Source: the human T2T-CHM13v2.0 reference genome, Homo sapiens. From it: a stretch of 64,000 bases of DNA. The notes beneath the pieces are model-generated. The model worked only from the letters and a program-made list of their open reading frames with translations. It did not search any database and had not been told where the DNA came from. Where the stretch lies: NCBI RefSeq assembly GCF_009914755.1, contig NC_060928.1, one strand, 5' to 3'. Shown here piece by piece: positions 26,991 through 41,964 of the stretch. Position 1 is the first letter of the stretch; each line of letters starts with the position of its first letter. Made by a program: the position numbers and the translations under genes.

Positions 26991-27503
26991 CAAATGCCAG
27001 AGGTTTTCTAAAGCACAACTTAAATTGAAAAACCTTTATATTTGCAAAAGCTCTAAATTCTAATCTAACCTTTCCAAACTAGCAACCTTTAATGGGCATC
27101 ACTTCCAAATTTATGATTCTGATAATGACCTGACAGCCTGGTCTACTGAACCAAGATACATTGTTAATTATATTTTCACAAACTGTGGGTAAGGCTCATT
27201 ACTCTGGTATAATTAAAAGGGTGGGTTTATTCTAAACTGTCCTGAAACAGCAAGTGATGCCTCCTCTGTGCTCCTCTGTCTTTGCCCTATAACTTTCTGC
27301 TCAGTTCCTTAAACATATTTCACAATTCCATTTTCCTTTTCTTACATTTTAGTTTTTGTCTTCAGTACATTAAATGCTATGCAGAGAAAGAGATGAAGTA
27401 ATAGATACTCAAGAAAATGAATACCAGTAGAGAGAAAGTCAAAAAAAGGCATACTAGTGTGAGCATTCTGAAAAGGCTTGAACAAAAACTAAGAATCTAC
27501 ATA

Positions 27504-28149
27504 CAGTTGGCCCTCCGTATCCTCGGGTTCTACATCCATGCATTCAACCAAGTGAGGATCAGAAAGTTAGGCCTGTGATGGTTGCATCTGTACTGAATAT
27601 GTACAGACTTTTTTTTCCTTGTCATTATTCCTTCAACAATACAGTACAGCAAAACTATTTACATAGCATTTATATTGTATTAAGTATTATCAGTAATCTA
27701 GAGTTGATTTAAGGTATACGGAAGGGGCAGGTACAGCGGCTCATGCACACTGGGAGACACAGGTGGGAGGACCACCTGAGCCCAGGAGTTTGAGACCAGC
27801 CTGGGCAACACAGCGAGACCCTATCTCTACAAAACATACTAAAATTAGCTGGGTGGGGTGGCACACACTTGTATCCCAGCTACTCAGGAGGCTGAGGTGG
27901 AAGGATCACTTGAGCCCAGGAGGTTAAGGCTGCAGTGAGCTATGATTGCACCATTGCATTCCAGCCTGGACAACAGAGTGACACCCTATCTCTAAAAAAT
28001 AATTAAAAAATAAAAAGTATACAGGAGGATGTTGCATAGATTCTATGCAAATACTACACCACTTTATTTAAGGGGCTTGAGCACCCCCAGATTTTGGTAT
28101 CTGAAGGGAGTCTTGGAACCAATCCCCCTCAAATACCGAGGGATGACTG
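27504..28149. mobile_element. Tigger2/MER8-type TcMar DNA transposon with nested AluJ
   Basis: TIRs cagttggccctccgtat...ataccgagggatgactg; TA on the left flank. Confidence 0.8.
27726..28013 (+). mobile_element. AluJ
   Basis: J-type ggatcacttgagcccaggagg; approximate TSD aa(g/a)gtatac. Confidence 0.88.
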
Positions 28150-28821
28150 TCCTTAGTGTATATAATCCTTAAAATAAAATATTCCTGTTTCCCTGACCAA
28201 ACAAACTCCAACTTCTATAAAGTTAAGAATTAGACATTCTGCTAATGACTTTATATTATAAATAGCCCTGAGCTATTATCTGACCCATATTTACTCCATA
28301 CCTGCCATGTGTCATGCATTATGCTAGGAGCAGGGGATACTTTAGTGAGTAAAAACACATTTACCGTCTTGTGGAACTTACAGCCTAGTTGTTGGGGAGA
28401 TGGATATTAATCACAAAGTTACTCACATAAATAAGTTCTGGAGGAAAATAACTTAGGTGTAAGAGAAAATGCAACAAAAAACCACAGGCCAGACTGGAGA
28501 GTCAGGAAATGCTTTCCTGAGAAAGTCAAATTTAAGGTGCAATTTGAGGACCAACTAGGATTTAGGTAGATAAACATTTATTAAACACCTAGAATGTGCA
28601 AGGCATTTCCTGGCCCTGGGGATGAGGTACAACTATGCAGAACTTTTTCCCCTAGACACTTATATCCTTGATGAATGAATCTCATCTAATTAAAACAGTT
28701 TCTGAGAGGAACTTAGGGGCATGGACTAATTCTACATAAACAATAACCTGAGAAGATATCAAAGCAGCACTTGGAAAATAGGCAAACACTATACAAATGA
28801 TGGCTTTTAAGAACAATATAC

Positions 28822-29540
28822 AGCTGTGCTGTCCAATACAGTCCCTGTCTACTAGTACCTAGAAGCTATTGAATACTTAAAAGGTAGCGCAACCGACAAC
28901 TGAATTTATTTAACTACAATTAATTTAAATACAGATTTATAAGTTGATATTTGACTCTTATTGGAAAACATTTAAGTAGGTTTGGAACTTCTTAGGTAGG
29001 TGAGTCTACTTCCTCAACTCTAAATTTTATGAAATTTAAATACAGATCAAGTATTTCCAATGAATATTGCATCCAAGTTGATTGCTGTGAGTGTAAAATG
29101 CACGCTGATTGTGAATACTTGGCGTGGAAAAAATGTAAAATGTCTAATAATTTTTAAATATTGATTGCATGTTGAAACGATAATATTTTGGTTATATTAG
29201 GTTAAATAAAACATGTTAAAAATAATTTCACCTTTTTAAAAGTTTCTACTTCTGGAATACATAGCGTATATTAAAACCATGTTTAGAATTTCCAGGGTTA
29301 GATAATTATACAAAAAAGTTATTTAACTACATGAATATTTGCTAGGGTATTTAAAAGCTTTGCAGAATAACACAATCTTTGTTGTACAGGGTAGTCCTAA
29401 GGACTGCAAGACATTTATCATCCCTGGTCTCCACCCGAAAAATTCAAGGTCTAGTACCACATTTTTTAACGTGGTACTAGAAAATTTTAAATTACTTAAT
29501 GTGGCTTGCATTCTATTTCTACTGGCGAAGTCCTGATCTA
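28822..29540. mobile_element. MER3/MER33-type hAT-Charlie element interrupted by an insertion of about 210 bp
   Basis: cagctgtgctgtccaata start; terminal gtggtactagaaaattttaaattac...gtggcttgcattctatttctactgg resumes after 29460. Confidence 0.65.
29250..29448 (+). repeat. 199-bp dispersed direct repeat, copy 1 (copy 2 at 30919-31117)
   Basis: Ungapped alignment at offset 1669, 7 mismatches counted by eye. Confidence 0.95.
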
Positions 29541-29572
29541 GAGAATGTAGACAAATTCAAAACTTTACCCTA

Positions 29573-29714
29573 GGCTGGGTGCGATGGCTCATACCTGTAA
29601 CCCCAGCACTTTGGGTGGCTGAGGCGGGTGGATTACGAGGTTAAGAGTTCAAGACCAGCCTGGCCAACATGTGAAACCCCATCTCTACAAAAAATACAAA
29701 AATTAGCCAGTGTG
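29573..29714 (+). mobile_element. Alu left arm only (3' part missing)
   Basis: ggctgggtgcgatggctca...aaaaattagccagtgtg, then unrelated sequence. Confidence 0.85.
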
Positions 29715-30046
29715 CTGCATGCTAGAAATTTTGTCAGCATTGAGAGGAGAGTCCTTGTTTCCATAAAAATGACATACGGAGTTTAGAGTTGTTGGGGACT
29801 AATGGCAGGCCACTACAAGTTCTACACTGAGAATACAGTTGTGATTTTGGGGCAAAGCATAAAGCTACCTAGGTGAAACAGTCTAGCAACAATAGTTTCC
29901 TTCTAGCAGTGTTTCCACATGTCCCGTTAATGAAAATTCTTAATGCTGATATGCCTTATGATAATGCTACTAGGGATCAATAAATATCCAACAGGACCAC
30001 AGAGAGAGCTTGCAACCCCAAATCACAAAAGCACCATTAAGCAAAC

Positions 30047-30090
30047 AGATAAATAAATAAATAAATAAATAAATAGATAAATAAATAAAA
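30047..30090. repeat. (TAAA)n microsatellite
   Basis: Direct reading. Confidence 0.92.
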
Positions 30091-30918
30091 TGCCCTCTTG
30101 TCATTTGATTCAGTAAAAGATGCTATGTACCTTTAAATAATTCTAAAGAGGAATGAAAGATTTAAATAAAAATCAGACAAACAATTACATTTTACCTATG
30201 TTCCCCAAATACTGCCAAACAAGTCTGACCAATTCCTCCTTCTCAATGTGCCTAGCTCTTTGTCCAACCCATTTTTAAAACAGTCCTGCACAGTCCCATA
30301 ACTCCTCCCCTGACAGCCAGTCTAATTCCTCCCCATACATTGTCCCGGATCTATCGCAGATCTACAATGCCAGATAAACACTGCTCTGGTCACAATCACC
30401 ACCTTATCTAAAATCTCCAGAATTAAGTTCTTTCAACCACTGACAATCTAAGACCCAACTGATTCTAGAATCTCTCATTTATCCTCTTTACCTTCAAATA
30501 GCTACTTCCCTAGAAACTCAATGCAATGCTATAAAACCCAATACTCCCTTTCTATAACAAATAGCTTATAATAACCCCTTTATTATCCTAAAGTGATATT
30601 CACAGATAATATAACCTATCTGAACACATAAATTCCAGAAAAGGGGGAAAAAAAGGAGGGAAACATTTCAATAAGCAAATTCTCAGGTATGACTATTCCA
30701 GCAGTCGTAATAAACAGGTATCAGATGCTCACCTATGTGTAGAACCATTGTTAGTGCAATAGCTATAAATGCAGACTGAAAGAGGTATGTGTTGTATTGA
30801 CAACTCAGACAGATTTGCACTGCTGCCAATAACATCAATTGCAAAATGCTGAACAACTCTTTGGAATATTCCAAAAAATGTTAAATACACTTGTTTTTAA
30901 ATGAGAAGGAGCTTTCAT

Positions 30919-31117
30919 TTCTGGAATACATAGTATATATTAAAACCATGTTTAGAATTTCCAGGGTCAGATAATTATATAAAAATGTTATTTAACTACA
31001 TGAATATTTGCTAGGGTATTTAAAAGCTTTGCAGAATAAGACAATCTTTGTTGTACAGGGTAGTCCTAAGGACTGCAAGACATTTATCATCCCTGGTCTC
31101 CACCTGAAAAATTCAAG
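30919..31117 (+). repeat. 199-bp dispersed direct repeat, copy 2 (probable donor)
   Basis: Matches 29250-29448; the twin ORFs MLGYLKALQN... at 29339 and 31008 reflect this. Confidence 0.95.
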
Positions 31118-31413
31118 TAGTGGACCCCTTCCACACTCACCTAGTGGGAGTTCTAGCCACCCCCAAACCCCAACTTTGAAAATTATGACCTTGGCCCAGA
31201 GTTATCTCTTCCTTTTAACTTATTTGACACTTAAATCCTGTATGATCCTGAACCAATACTTAATGTCTGGAAGCCTATTCAACTGTCTTGTTGGACTGTA
31301 AATTGTGGTAACCATCGATCTGACAGTTACTATGACAACAGAATGGGGTATCATAGGCTGCTTGTTTTGCTTAGTGTCTAGCACATCTTAAGCATTCAAT
31401 AAGTGCTAATTAA

Positions 31414-31690
31414 GGCCAGATGCAGTGGTCCACACTTGTAAATCCCGGCACTTTCAAAGGCCTAGGCAGGCGGATTGCTTGAGGCCAAGAATTCAAGACC
31501 AGCCTGGGCAACATAGTGAGACCCTCATCTCCACAAAAAATTTAAAAATTAACTGGGCATGGTGGCACATGCCTGTAGTCCTAGTTACTTGAGAGGCTGA
31601 AGCAAGAGGATTGGTTGAGCCCAGGAGTTCAGTGCTGCAGTGAGTTGTGAAACAAGGTGTGAGACCTTGTCTCAAAAAAAAAAAAAAAAT
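31414..31690 (+). mobile_element. AluJ
   Basis: Diverged Alu with poly(A). Confidence 0.88.
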
Positions 31691-32239
31691 ACTCACTGCT
31701 ATTATTGCTGTTGTTATTTTTTTCTCACCCATACTTGTTTCCTCAACTAGGCTGTAAGCTTTCTGGACCAAAAAGCAATGTCCTGGAGATCTTTGTATAC
31801 CTGGCATAAGTAAGTGCCCAATAAATTTTTGTAGTTCACATCTTCTGTATTCTTTTTCTGCCCCATCCTGATTTCTTGTGAAAACGTTCACAAATAGTAG
31901 GCTGAGTCCAAGAATGGAGCTAAAAACTATAATTATATAGAAAATTGTCTTTCTGACATTAGTGAAATCATCATTGTAACCTGCCAAGCAGAGGAAGGGC
32001 TGTCAAAAAAACTGTCGGCAGATGCTTGCTCTCGAAAATCTACAGGATTATTTTAGTGATGAATACTTTTAAAGTAGACATTGCATTCCAGGCTTAGATC
32101 TATCTACAAAAACATACCGATTCCCTCTTACTTTAAGGTTTTAAACATTTTCCCCCGGAGAACTAAGCCTTATTTCCAGATCTATAAAGCGAAGTACTTC
32201 TATCAGATGACTCGGGTCCTTCCAGCACTAACGCTATAT

Positions 32240-32480
32240 AACATTTATTGAATGCTTATTATGTGCCAGGCATTGTGCTAAGTAGGTACTTTGTAAGGAT
32301 TATCTAACTGATCACCTCCAGCAACCCTATGAAAAAGATATGGTTATTATGTCAGTTTTACAGATTAAGAAACTGAAGCACAGAGGGTTAGGTAACATGC
32401 CAAAGATCCCACCAGAGGCAAGTGATGGAGCTGGTACCAGCTGTTCACCTCTAAAAAAGAGGCTCAAAATCATTACACCA
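32240..32480 (-). mobile_element. MIR
   Basis: catttattgaatgcttattatgtgccaggc...ttttacagattaagaaactgaagcacagag. Confidence 0.8.
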
Positions 32481-32674
32481 TGTTTTTTGGAACTCTTCTC
32501 TCCAAGTTGACTCAAATAGCCTAAATTAATTAATGCCACAAGACAATTCTCACCACATTACTAGGGTTCTTTTGAAGTTTGTGTCCAACATCCTCATATA
32601 CATGGCAACTAAAAAAAAGGGGCCTCTCAACTGCTGGTAGGCAAAACCTGAGTCCTCTTGTTGCTTGCAGCTGA

Positions 32675-33017
<343 letters not shown>

Positions 33018-33827
33018 ACATGTGTGAAATTTTAACTCACTCTGGGGGTGGGTTTTAAAGTCAGAAAATAAAGCAAAATTCAATAACAGTCAACTATTTA
33101 AAAAAAAATCCTTTAAATTGCCTGCTTAGTACAATACACACAGTTTCAGTTAAACAAGTAAAATGTGTATAGTCTTGTAATGCATGCATAATGAAGAGTA
33201 TTTAATAAGTATATGGAATGCAAAATTTCATTCCAATATTTTTATTTCTGCACAGAAGTGTACACACTGAATTGGCATATAACATTGTACTCTATGGGAA
33301 TAAACTTGAATTTCTTACATTTTTGGAACATTAACCGTTACTGGTAATAATTTTTTTGCCATTCACATAGCTGGTCACTGCATACCTGCTGTTAAAAATC
33401 ACAGCATTGAGAGATCCTTAATTTACCACTTATATAGTCTAAAACAGAGAGAAAAAAGTTGTGGCAATAAAGGTCCAAGAACTAATCCTATCACCAATTT
33501 CTTTATCTTTCGCAAAAATACTTAAGGACATTGATTTATGATCCTAGCTCTTTATCTTACTCCATTCTGTGTTCTCCAAGTGAGATTTCAAAACCAGTTC
33601 CAAGAACACTATCAAACAAAGAAAAATATGCACAGACAGAAAAAAAGCCTATTTTCTGAAATGTATCCCAGGGGAAAACACCAACAACTGGAAAAGAAAT
33701 ATTTTCAAGATATAACATTAAATGTAGATTTTTCCATTTAAGAGTTATCTTTATAACACTTAATCAGAAATTTTTTCAATGAAGCAAAAGCTTTATGCTT
33801 CCCCCACAAATATACCTGATCTCCAAC

Positions 33828-34126
33828 TTTCTTTTTTTTTATTTTTTTGAGGCAGTCTCACTCTGTCACCCAGGCTGGAGTGCAGTGGCGTGATCTCAGC
33901 TAACTGCAGCCTCCGCCTCCTGCATTCAACCGATTCTCCTGCCTCAGCCTCCTGAGTAGCTGGGACTACAGGTGCGCACCACCACACCTGGCTAAATTTT
34001 GTATTTTTAGTAGAGATGGGGTTTCACTATGTTGGCCAGGATGGTCTTCATCTCCTGATCTCATGATCTGCCTGCCTCAGCCTCCCAAAGTGCTAGGATT
34101 ACAGGCGTGAGCCACCGTGCCCGGCC
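33828..34126 (-). mobile_element. AluSc-like
   Basis: Alu match; TSD tgatc(t/c)ccaa(c/t)ttt. Confidence 0.9.
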
Positions 34127-34234
34127 TGATCCCCAATTTTCATATTCCAAAGGCATTAACATCTACAATTTAGAAATAACTGCAATGTTTAATGCTTCTA
34201 AGATGTGCCAATTTAAAATATGCTATTGGACAAC

Positions 34235-34749
34235 TATAGAGGACTAAGTTAATGACCCCAATCAACAGCGTCTCTGCATCCTTGCCCTCTACTCCGTAAC
34301 CTTGCAATCCCTTTCCCCTGGCTCTGGTCTCAACTGTGTTGTTTTGGCCAACTGGATGTTAGCAAATGGGATGACACAGAAGCTCAGAATGTATGGACCC
34401 ATTTCTGCTCCCCTGAAAAAGACAGGATCTGTGCTACTGCCATAAGAATATGCCTAGGCCTGTTGGAAGGGTGTTGGGAGACTTGGGTAGGATGGCTGAA
34501 TCTTCTTGGTCAGGCCATTTTTGACCACCCTAAGCCAGCCAACCATCAAACACATGAAAGAACACTGCAAAGATCAGCAGATCTGTCTACTACCCCTGCA
34601 GCTGACTGTAGCCACATGAGTGAGCTCAGCAGAGACTATGAGAAGAACCACTCAGCCATCCCAAAAATACTAATGGCTATTGTTTAAGCCACTGAATTTT
34701 GGGGTGCTTCATTATGCAGCATTAATTGTGGCAATACACAATTGATACA
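34235..34749 (+). mobile_element. MLT1 (MaLR) LTR
   Basis: Typical end tttaagccactgaattttggggtg...ttatgcagca...gataca. Confidence 0.7.
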
Positions 34750-35359
34750 CTAGTTATAGCCACAACAACCAAATGAGATTGTAGAAGAGCTGTGGGATGA
34801 AACCTAAACTGATCCAAGAAAGGTATAATGCTATGTGAGGATCCTGCGGGGGGAATCTATTTTTTATTTTTTTCTTTGAGGTTTATGTTCTCCCTAGGTT
34901 ACACAGGGCTGTCTTGATTAATACAGGCTGCATCTTTAGTCTCTACTGCTAACTGTTCATTCACAGCACATCAGCATTTATACTTTGCATATTAGAATAT
35001 GCTGTGACAAAGCAAATTTTAGGTATTTATCATAAGGACAAATAAGCAGCATTATTTCTATTAGAAAAAAATCAAAAACAAGTTAAATGTCCATCATTAG
35101 GAAACTGATTAAATAAAGGATCACATCCTACAATGGAATACTATGCATCACTTAAAAGTGAGGCTGCTTCTATATTTAATTGCACAGAAAGATATTTACT
35201 AAATAACACTAAATGAAAAAAACTAACTGTAAAACAGTATGATGAGTATATAGGTATTGCCTACACAATGCTTTCAATTTTTCTGTTTGAAACTTCTCAT
35301 AATAAAAGTTGGGAGAAAGGCAGTATGTATAGTGTCATTCTTTCATAAAAATATTTTAA

Positions 35360-37540
<2,181 letters not shown>

Positions 37541-39978
37541 CTGTACTTTTATAAAATGTCTTATTTATATAATTTCTATAATTTATTTAATGTCTTTCTC
37601 TCGCTCCCTGTATGAGGACAGAGACTATGTCCGTTTCATTCATTAGCATATTCCTAGTGCCTGGCACATAGCAGATGTTCAAGAAATCACTGCTAAAGGA
37701 ATGAATAGAAGAGTTCATCAAAATGTTCATAGTGGTAATCTCCGGGTGACAGGATTTAGAAAATGGCCTTCTGATGTTTTATAAGTTGCTATTTTTCTAA
37801 GTTTTTTTTAATAATGAGCATGAAACATTTTATTCAGAGACAAAGATTTTTAATTTTTAAAAAAAGGTTTGTATATGAAGCTGGGTATATAGATACCATA
37901 TATCTTTAAAAAAACAATAAAGAAGTGCCCTCTCCCTCACATACGTCTTCTATTCGTAAATGAAAACTCTGGGGTAAAAGAAGGTGACAAAGCTGAGTTT
38001 TACTAAGAAAGACTAGGTTTAGAGTTTGTGAAAAGGATGACAGCAACCACCCATCTGCTTTCCATGCTATATTTGACAGATTTTACTCTATAGCTCAGAA
38101 AACATGTTAATAGGACTTCTTGTAGTGAGAGGAAGGAATTTAAAAAGCAAAGAATCCTGTTGTGATAGTTTGGCACTATATGGAAAATGGCTCACAGAGC
38201 CTGCAATTCATGGAACAAAGATAACATCTCTTCGTAAAATCTACACTGCAAGGTATCTCAAATATACAACCAAGAGATGCCAGTGGCAGTGACTTAAAAT
38301 CACCAAACAAAATGATCCCAAACAAGAATGAGATGAAGCCTTAATATGCTTAACTGGGCCTTCAAAGACCTATTAGAGAAAACATAAGAGATGAACTGCC
38401 TCATAAAGCAGATGGTCTTCTCCAGTTTAAAAAAAAAAATCAAGATAATTAAAGGAAACTAAGGAGCAAGGATCTTGCTAAATGGGCCAAGGAAGATTTT
38501 TTTCCTCTGAAGAAGAATGCATGATTTTTTTTAAAGGATCTCACGGTTCCCCATGAGGCTGACACAGGTCATTTGGTAAGGTCTACATCAGCAAGGGAAG
38601 CCGTCCCAAGGGCAGCTGCCTCCCAGGCAGCATGCAACACCCTGGCAGGCTCTATTCACAGGGGTGGGAAGGAAGGCTGAGGGGTAACACGGCCTTTCTG
38701 AAAGAGCACTGGAGTGGGGAGTCAGGACACATGGGATTTGTGTTCTTGATCTGTGATTCTGATGAACCTGGTTCAATTTTGTCACCTGTTAATTTTTCTT
38801 AGAAAAACTCATCATTCATTCCCCTAGCCTGCCTTGGTAGTGAGAACAGTTGAGATAAAGAGGAAAATCTCTGTATAGCACAGAACAGAATTGCAAAATT
38901 GTTGGTTTATAATGTAATTTTGTTTAAGTAGCTCCATTGCTAGATATAAAGGTCCTACTGTGCAGCAAATTAAAAACTGGAGTAAGGGGAATGAGGTATT
39001 TTGAACTCAGTAGAAGATGAAAAAATTTCTGTTCTACTCCAACTGTAAGGTACTCGATACTCCATTTCTGTTCTCCTATAAGGTCTAAGGTGCTTTTTGA
39101 GAGAAAAGAGAGGCAGATAAAAGTATCTCAAAGGAAACTCAAAGATTCTATGCCAGAGATTGTTAACTGAAACAGGGACAGGAGGTACAAGTCTTTTATT
39201 GTTATAGTCAGGATTTATACAGAAAGGGTACTGCCCCCAAATATTGCCACTTGTGGCCTGCCTATGGGGCCTAACCAAAGCCCACAGGGATAGGGCTCCA
39301 GGTAATATTAAGTATCTAACATTTGTTGAGGGCTTCCTTTGGGCTAAATACAAAGAGTGTTCATGATCCCTTTCATTTCTCACATAAATCCTAGAATGCT
39401 GGCACCATGATGCTCCTTGTTTCACACAGAAGGACACCAAGCTGTAGCAAGGTTAACAAACTTGCATAACATTGGGACGTTGAAAAGCAGCAGAGCCCAG
39501 GCTCCAATCCTGGTCTAACGATCCCAGAATCCTTAGTTTAACATTCTACTCCACTGTCTCTTCCAGGAAGTAGAAAGTGGGATGAAGCTGGTAACATGGC
39601 GACTCCAAAGACCTCATTTGCTGAGTTTATCTATCTCTGATCTGATGGTTCCAAGAGAAGGTTAAGTATCATAACCAAGGAACCAACTCATGGTTTCTCT
39701 TCAACCACATCTCAGCAGCAACACAGAGCTTACCTTTGGACCTGCCTCCTAATTATCCCTGGATCTCTCCTCTTTTCCCCACATTCTCTAAATCTCTTTT
39801 AAGTTTTTGTGATATGTCTAACATCACTTCCTCAATCCTTCTGCACAAAAACCAAATCCACTCTTAGTTTAGAAAATTATAATGAAATCCCATTTCAACA
39901 TATTATACATATGAGCCAATCCAGATTTCACCAAACAGTGGCCTAGAAGACATTTGGCAGTTTTCTTAATGATAACAC

Positions 39979-40218
39979 CAGTTGAGCATCCCAAATCCAA
40001 AAATCTGAAATCCAAAAGGCTCCAATGAGCATTTCCTTTGAGAATCATGTCAGTGCTCCAAAAGTTTAAATTTTGGAGCATTTCAGATTTTGGAGTTTTG
40101 GGTTTGGGATGTTCAACTGCTAAGTATAATGCAAACACTGCAAAATCCAAAAACAAAAATATGAAATCCAAAATACTTCTGGTCGCAAACATCTTGTATA
40201 AGAGACACTCACCCCGTA
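39979..40218. mobile_element. Tigger4/MER46 (Zombi)-type DNA transposon
   Basis: cagttgagcatcccaaatccaaaaatctgaaatcc...gggatgttcaactg internal palindromic structure. Confidence 0.8.
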
Positions 40219-40458
40219 ACTGCTAATATATCAATCACACTATTTACCAGGCATTATGTGTTAAGACTTCATATATATTAACCACTTCAATCCTTATAAC
40301 CACTCCATGGAGAGAAAACTATTATTATCCTCATTTTATAGATGTCATAACAGGCAGCAAGATAGTAAATAACTGCCACATATGTAGCAGGTGGTGAAGC
40401 TATTTTGTTTTAAACCTCTCTGAACCTCAGTTCTCTCCTCTCAAAAAATAAAAATATT

Positions 40459-41964
40459 CTCCCTCTCCCTATCCCTCCCCCTCCCCCTCCCTCTCCCTCC
40501 CGTCTCCCCTACGGTCTCCCTCTCCCTCTCCTTCCACGGTCTCCCTCTGATGCCGAGCGGAAGCTGGACTGTACTGCTGCCAACTCGGCTCACTGCAACC
40601 TCCCTGCCTGATTCTCCTGCCTCAGCCTGCAGAGTGCCTGCGATTGCAGGCGCGCGCTGCCACGCCGGACTAGTTTTCGTATTTTTTTGGTGGAGACAGG
40701 GTTTCGCTGTGTTGGCCGGGCTGGTCTCCAGCTCCTAACCGTGAGTGATCTACCAGCCTCGGTGCCAGGATTGCAGACGGAGTCTCGTTCACTCAGTGCT
40801 CAATGTTACCCAGGCTGGAGTGCAGTGGCGTGATCTCGGCTAGCTACAACATCCACCTCCCAGCAGCCTGCCTTGGCCTCCCAAAGTGCCGAGATTGCAG
40901 CCTCTGCCCGGCCGCCACCCCGTCTGGGAAGTGAGGAGCGTCTCTGCCTGGCCGCCCATCGTCTGAGATGTGAGGAGCCCCTCTGCCCGGCCGCCCATCG
41001 TCTGAGATGTGGGGAGCGCCTCTGCCCCGCCGCCCCGTCTGGGATGTGAGGAGCGCCTCTGCCCAGCCGCGACCCCGTCTGGGAGGTGAGGAGCGTCTCT
41101 GCCCGGCCGCCCCGTCGGAGAAGTGAGGAGCCCCTCTGCCCGGCAGCCGCCCCGTCGGAGAAGTGAGGAGCGTCTCCGACCGGCAGCCGCCCCGTCCGGG
41201 AGGTGGGGGGTCAGCCCCCGCCCAGCCAGCCCTCCCCTCCGGGAAGGAGATGGGGGACAGCCCCGCCCGGCCAGCCAACCCCTCCGCGAGGGAGGTGGGG
41301 GGCAGCCCCCGCCCGGCCAGCCGCCCCGTCCGGGAGGGAGGTGGGGGCCAGCCCCCGCCCGGCCAGCCGCCCCGTCCGGGAGGGAGGTGGGGGGCGCCTC
41401 TGCCCAACCGCCCCTTCTGGTAAGTGAGGAGCCCCTCTGCCCGGCCACCACCCCGTCTGGGAGGTGTACCCAACAGCTCATTGAGAACGGGCCATGATGA
41501 CGATGGCGGTTTTGTCTAATAGAAAAGGGGGAAATGTGGGGAAAAGATACAGAAATCAGATTGTTGCTGTGTCTGTGTAGAGAGAAGTAGACATGGGAGA
41601 CTCCATTTTGTTCTGTACTAAGAAAAATTCTTCTGCCTTGGGATGCCTTACCCCCAACCCGGTGCTCTCTGAAACATGTGCTGTGTCCACTCAGGGTTAA
41701 ATGGATTAAGGGTGGTGCAAGATGTGCTTTGTTAAACAGATGCTTGAAGGCAGCATGCTCGTTAAGAGTCATCACCACTCCCTAATCTCAAGTACCCAGG
41801 GACACAAACACTGCGGAAGGCCACAGGGTCCTCTGCCTAGGAAAACCAGAGACCTGTGTTCACTTGTTTATCTGCTGACCTTCCCTCCACTATTGTCCTA
41901 TGACCCTGCCAAATCCCCCTCTGCGAGAAACACCCAAGAATGATCAATAAAAAAAAATAAAAAT
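40459..41964 (+). mobile_element. SVA retrotransposon (B/C-like), complete domain order, inserted in a MIR, antisense to APBB2
   Basis: (CCCTCT)n head, antisense Alu-like region, GC-rich VNTR about 40900-41465, SINE-R, AATAAA and A-tail; TSD aaaaataaaaatatt ending at 40458 and 41979. Confidence 0.96.

Noticed and set aside
39979-40120. Long imperfect hairpin that might be a miRNA precursor
   Set aside because: Explained by the internal palindrome of the Tigger4/MER46 element; no evidence of processing.
40840-41778. Long ORFs (312 aa, 209 aa and others) in GC-rich sequence
   Set aside because: They lie within the SVA VNTR/SINE-R; stop-poor repeat sequence, not genes.
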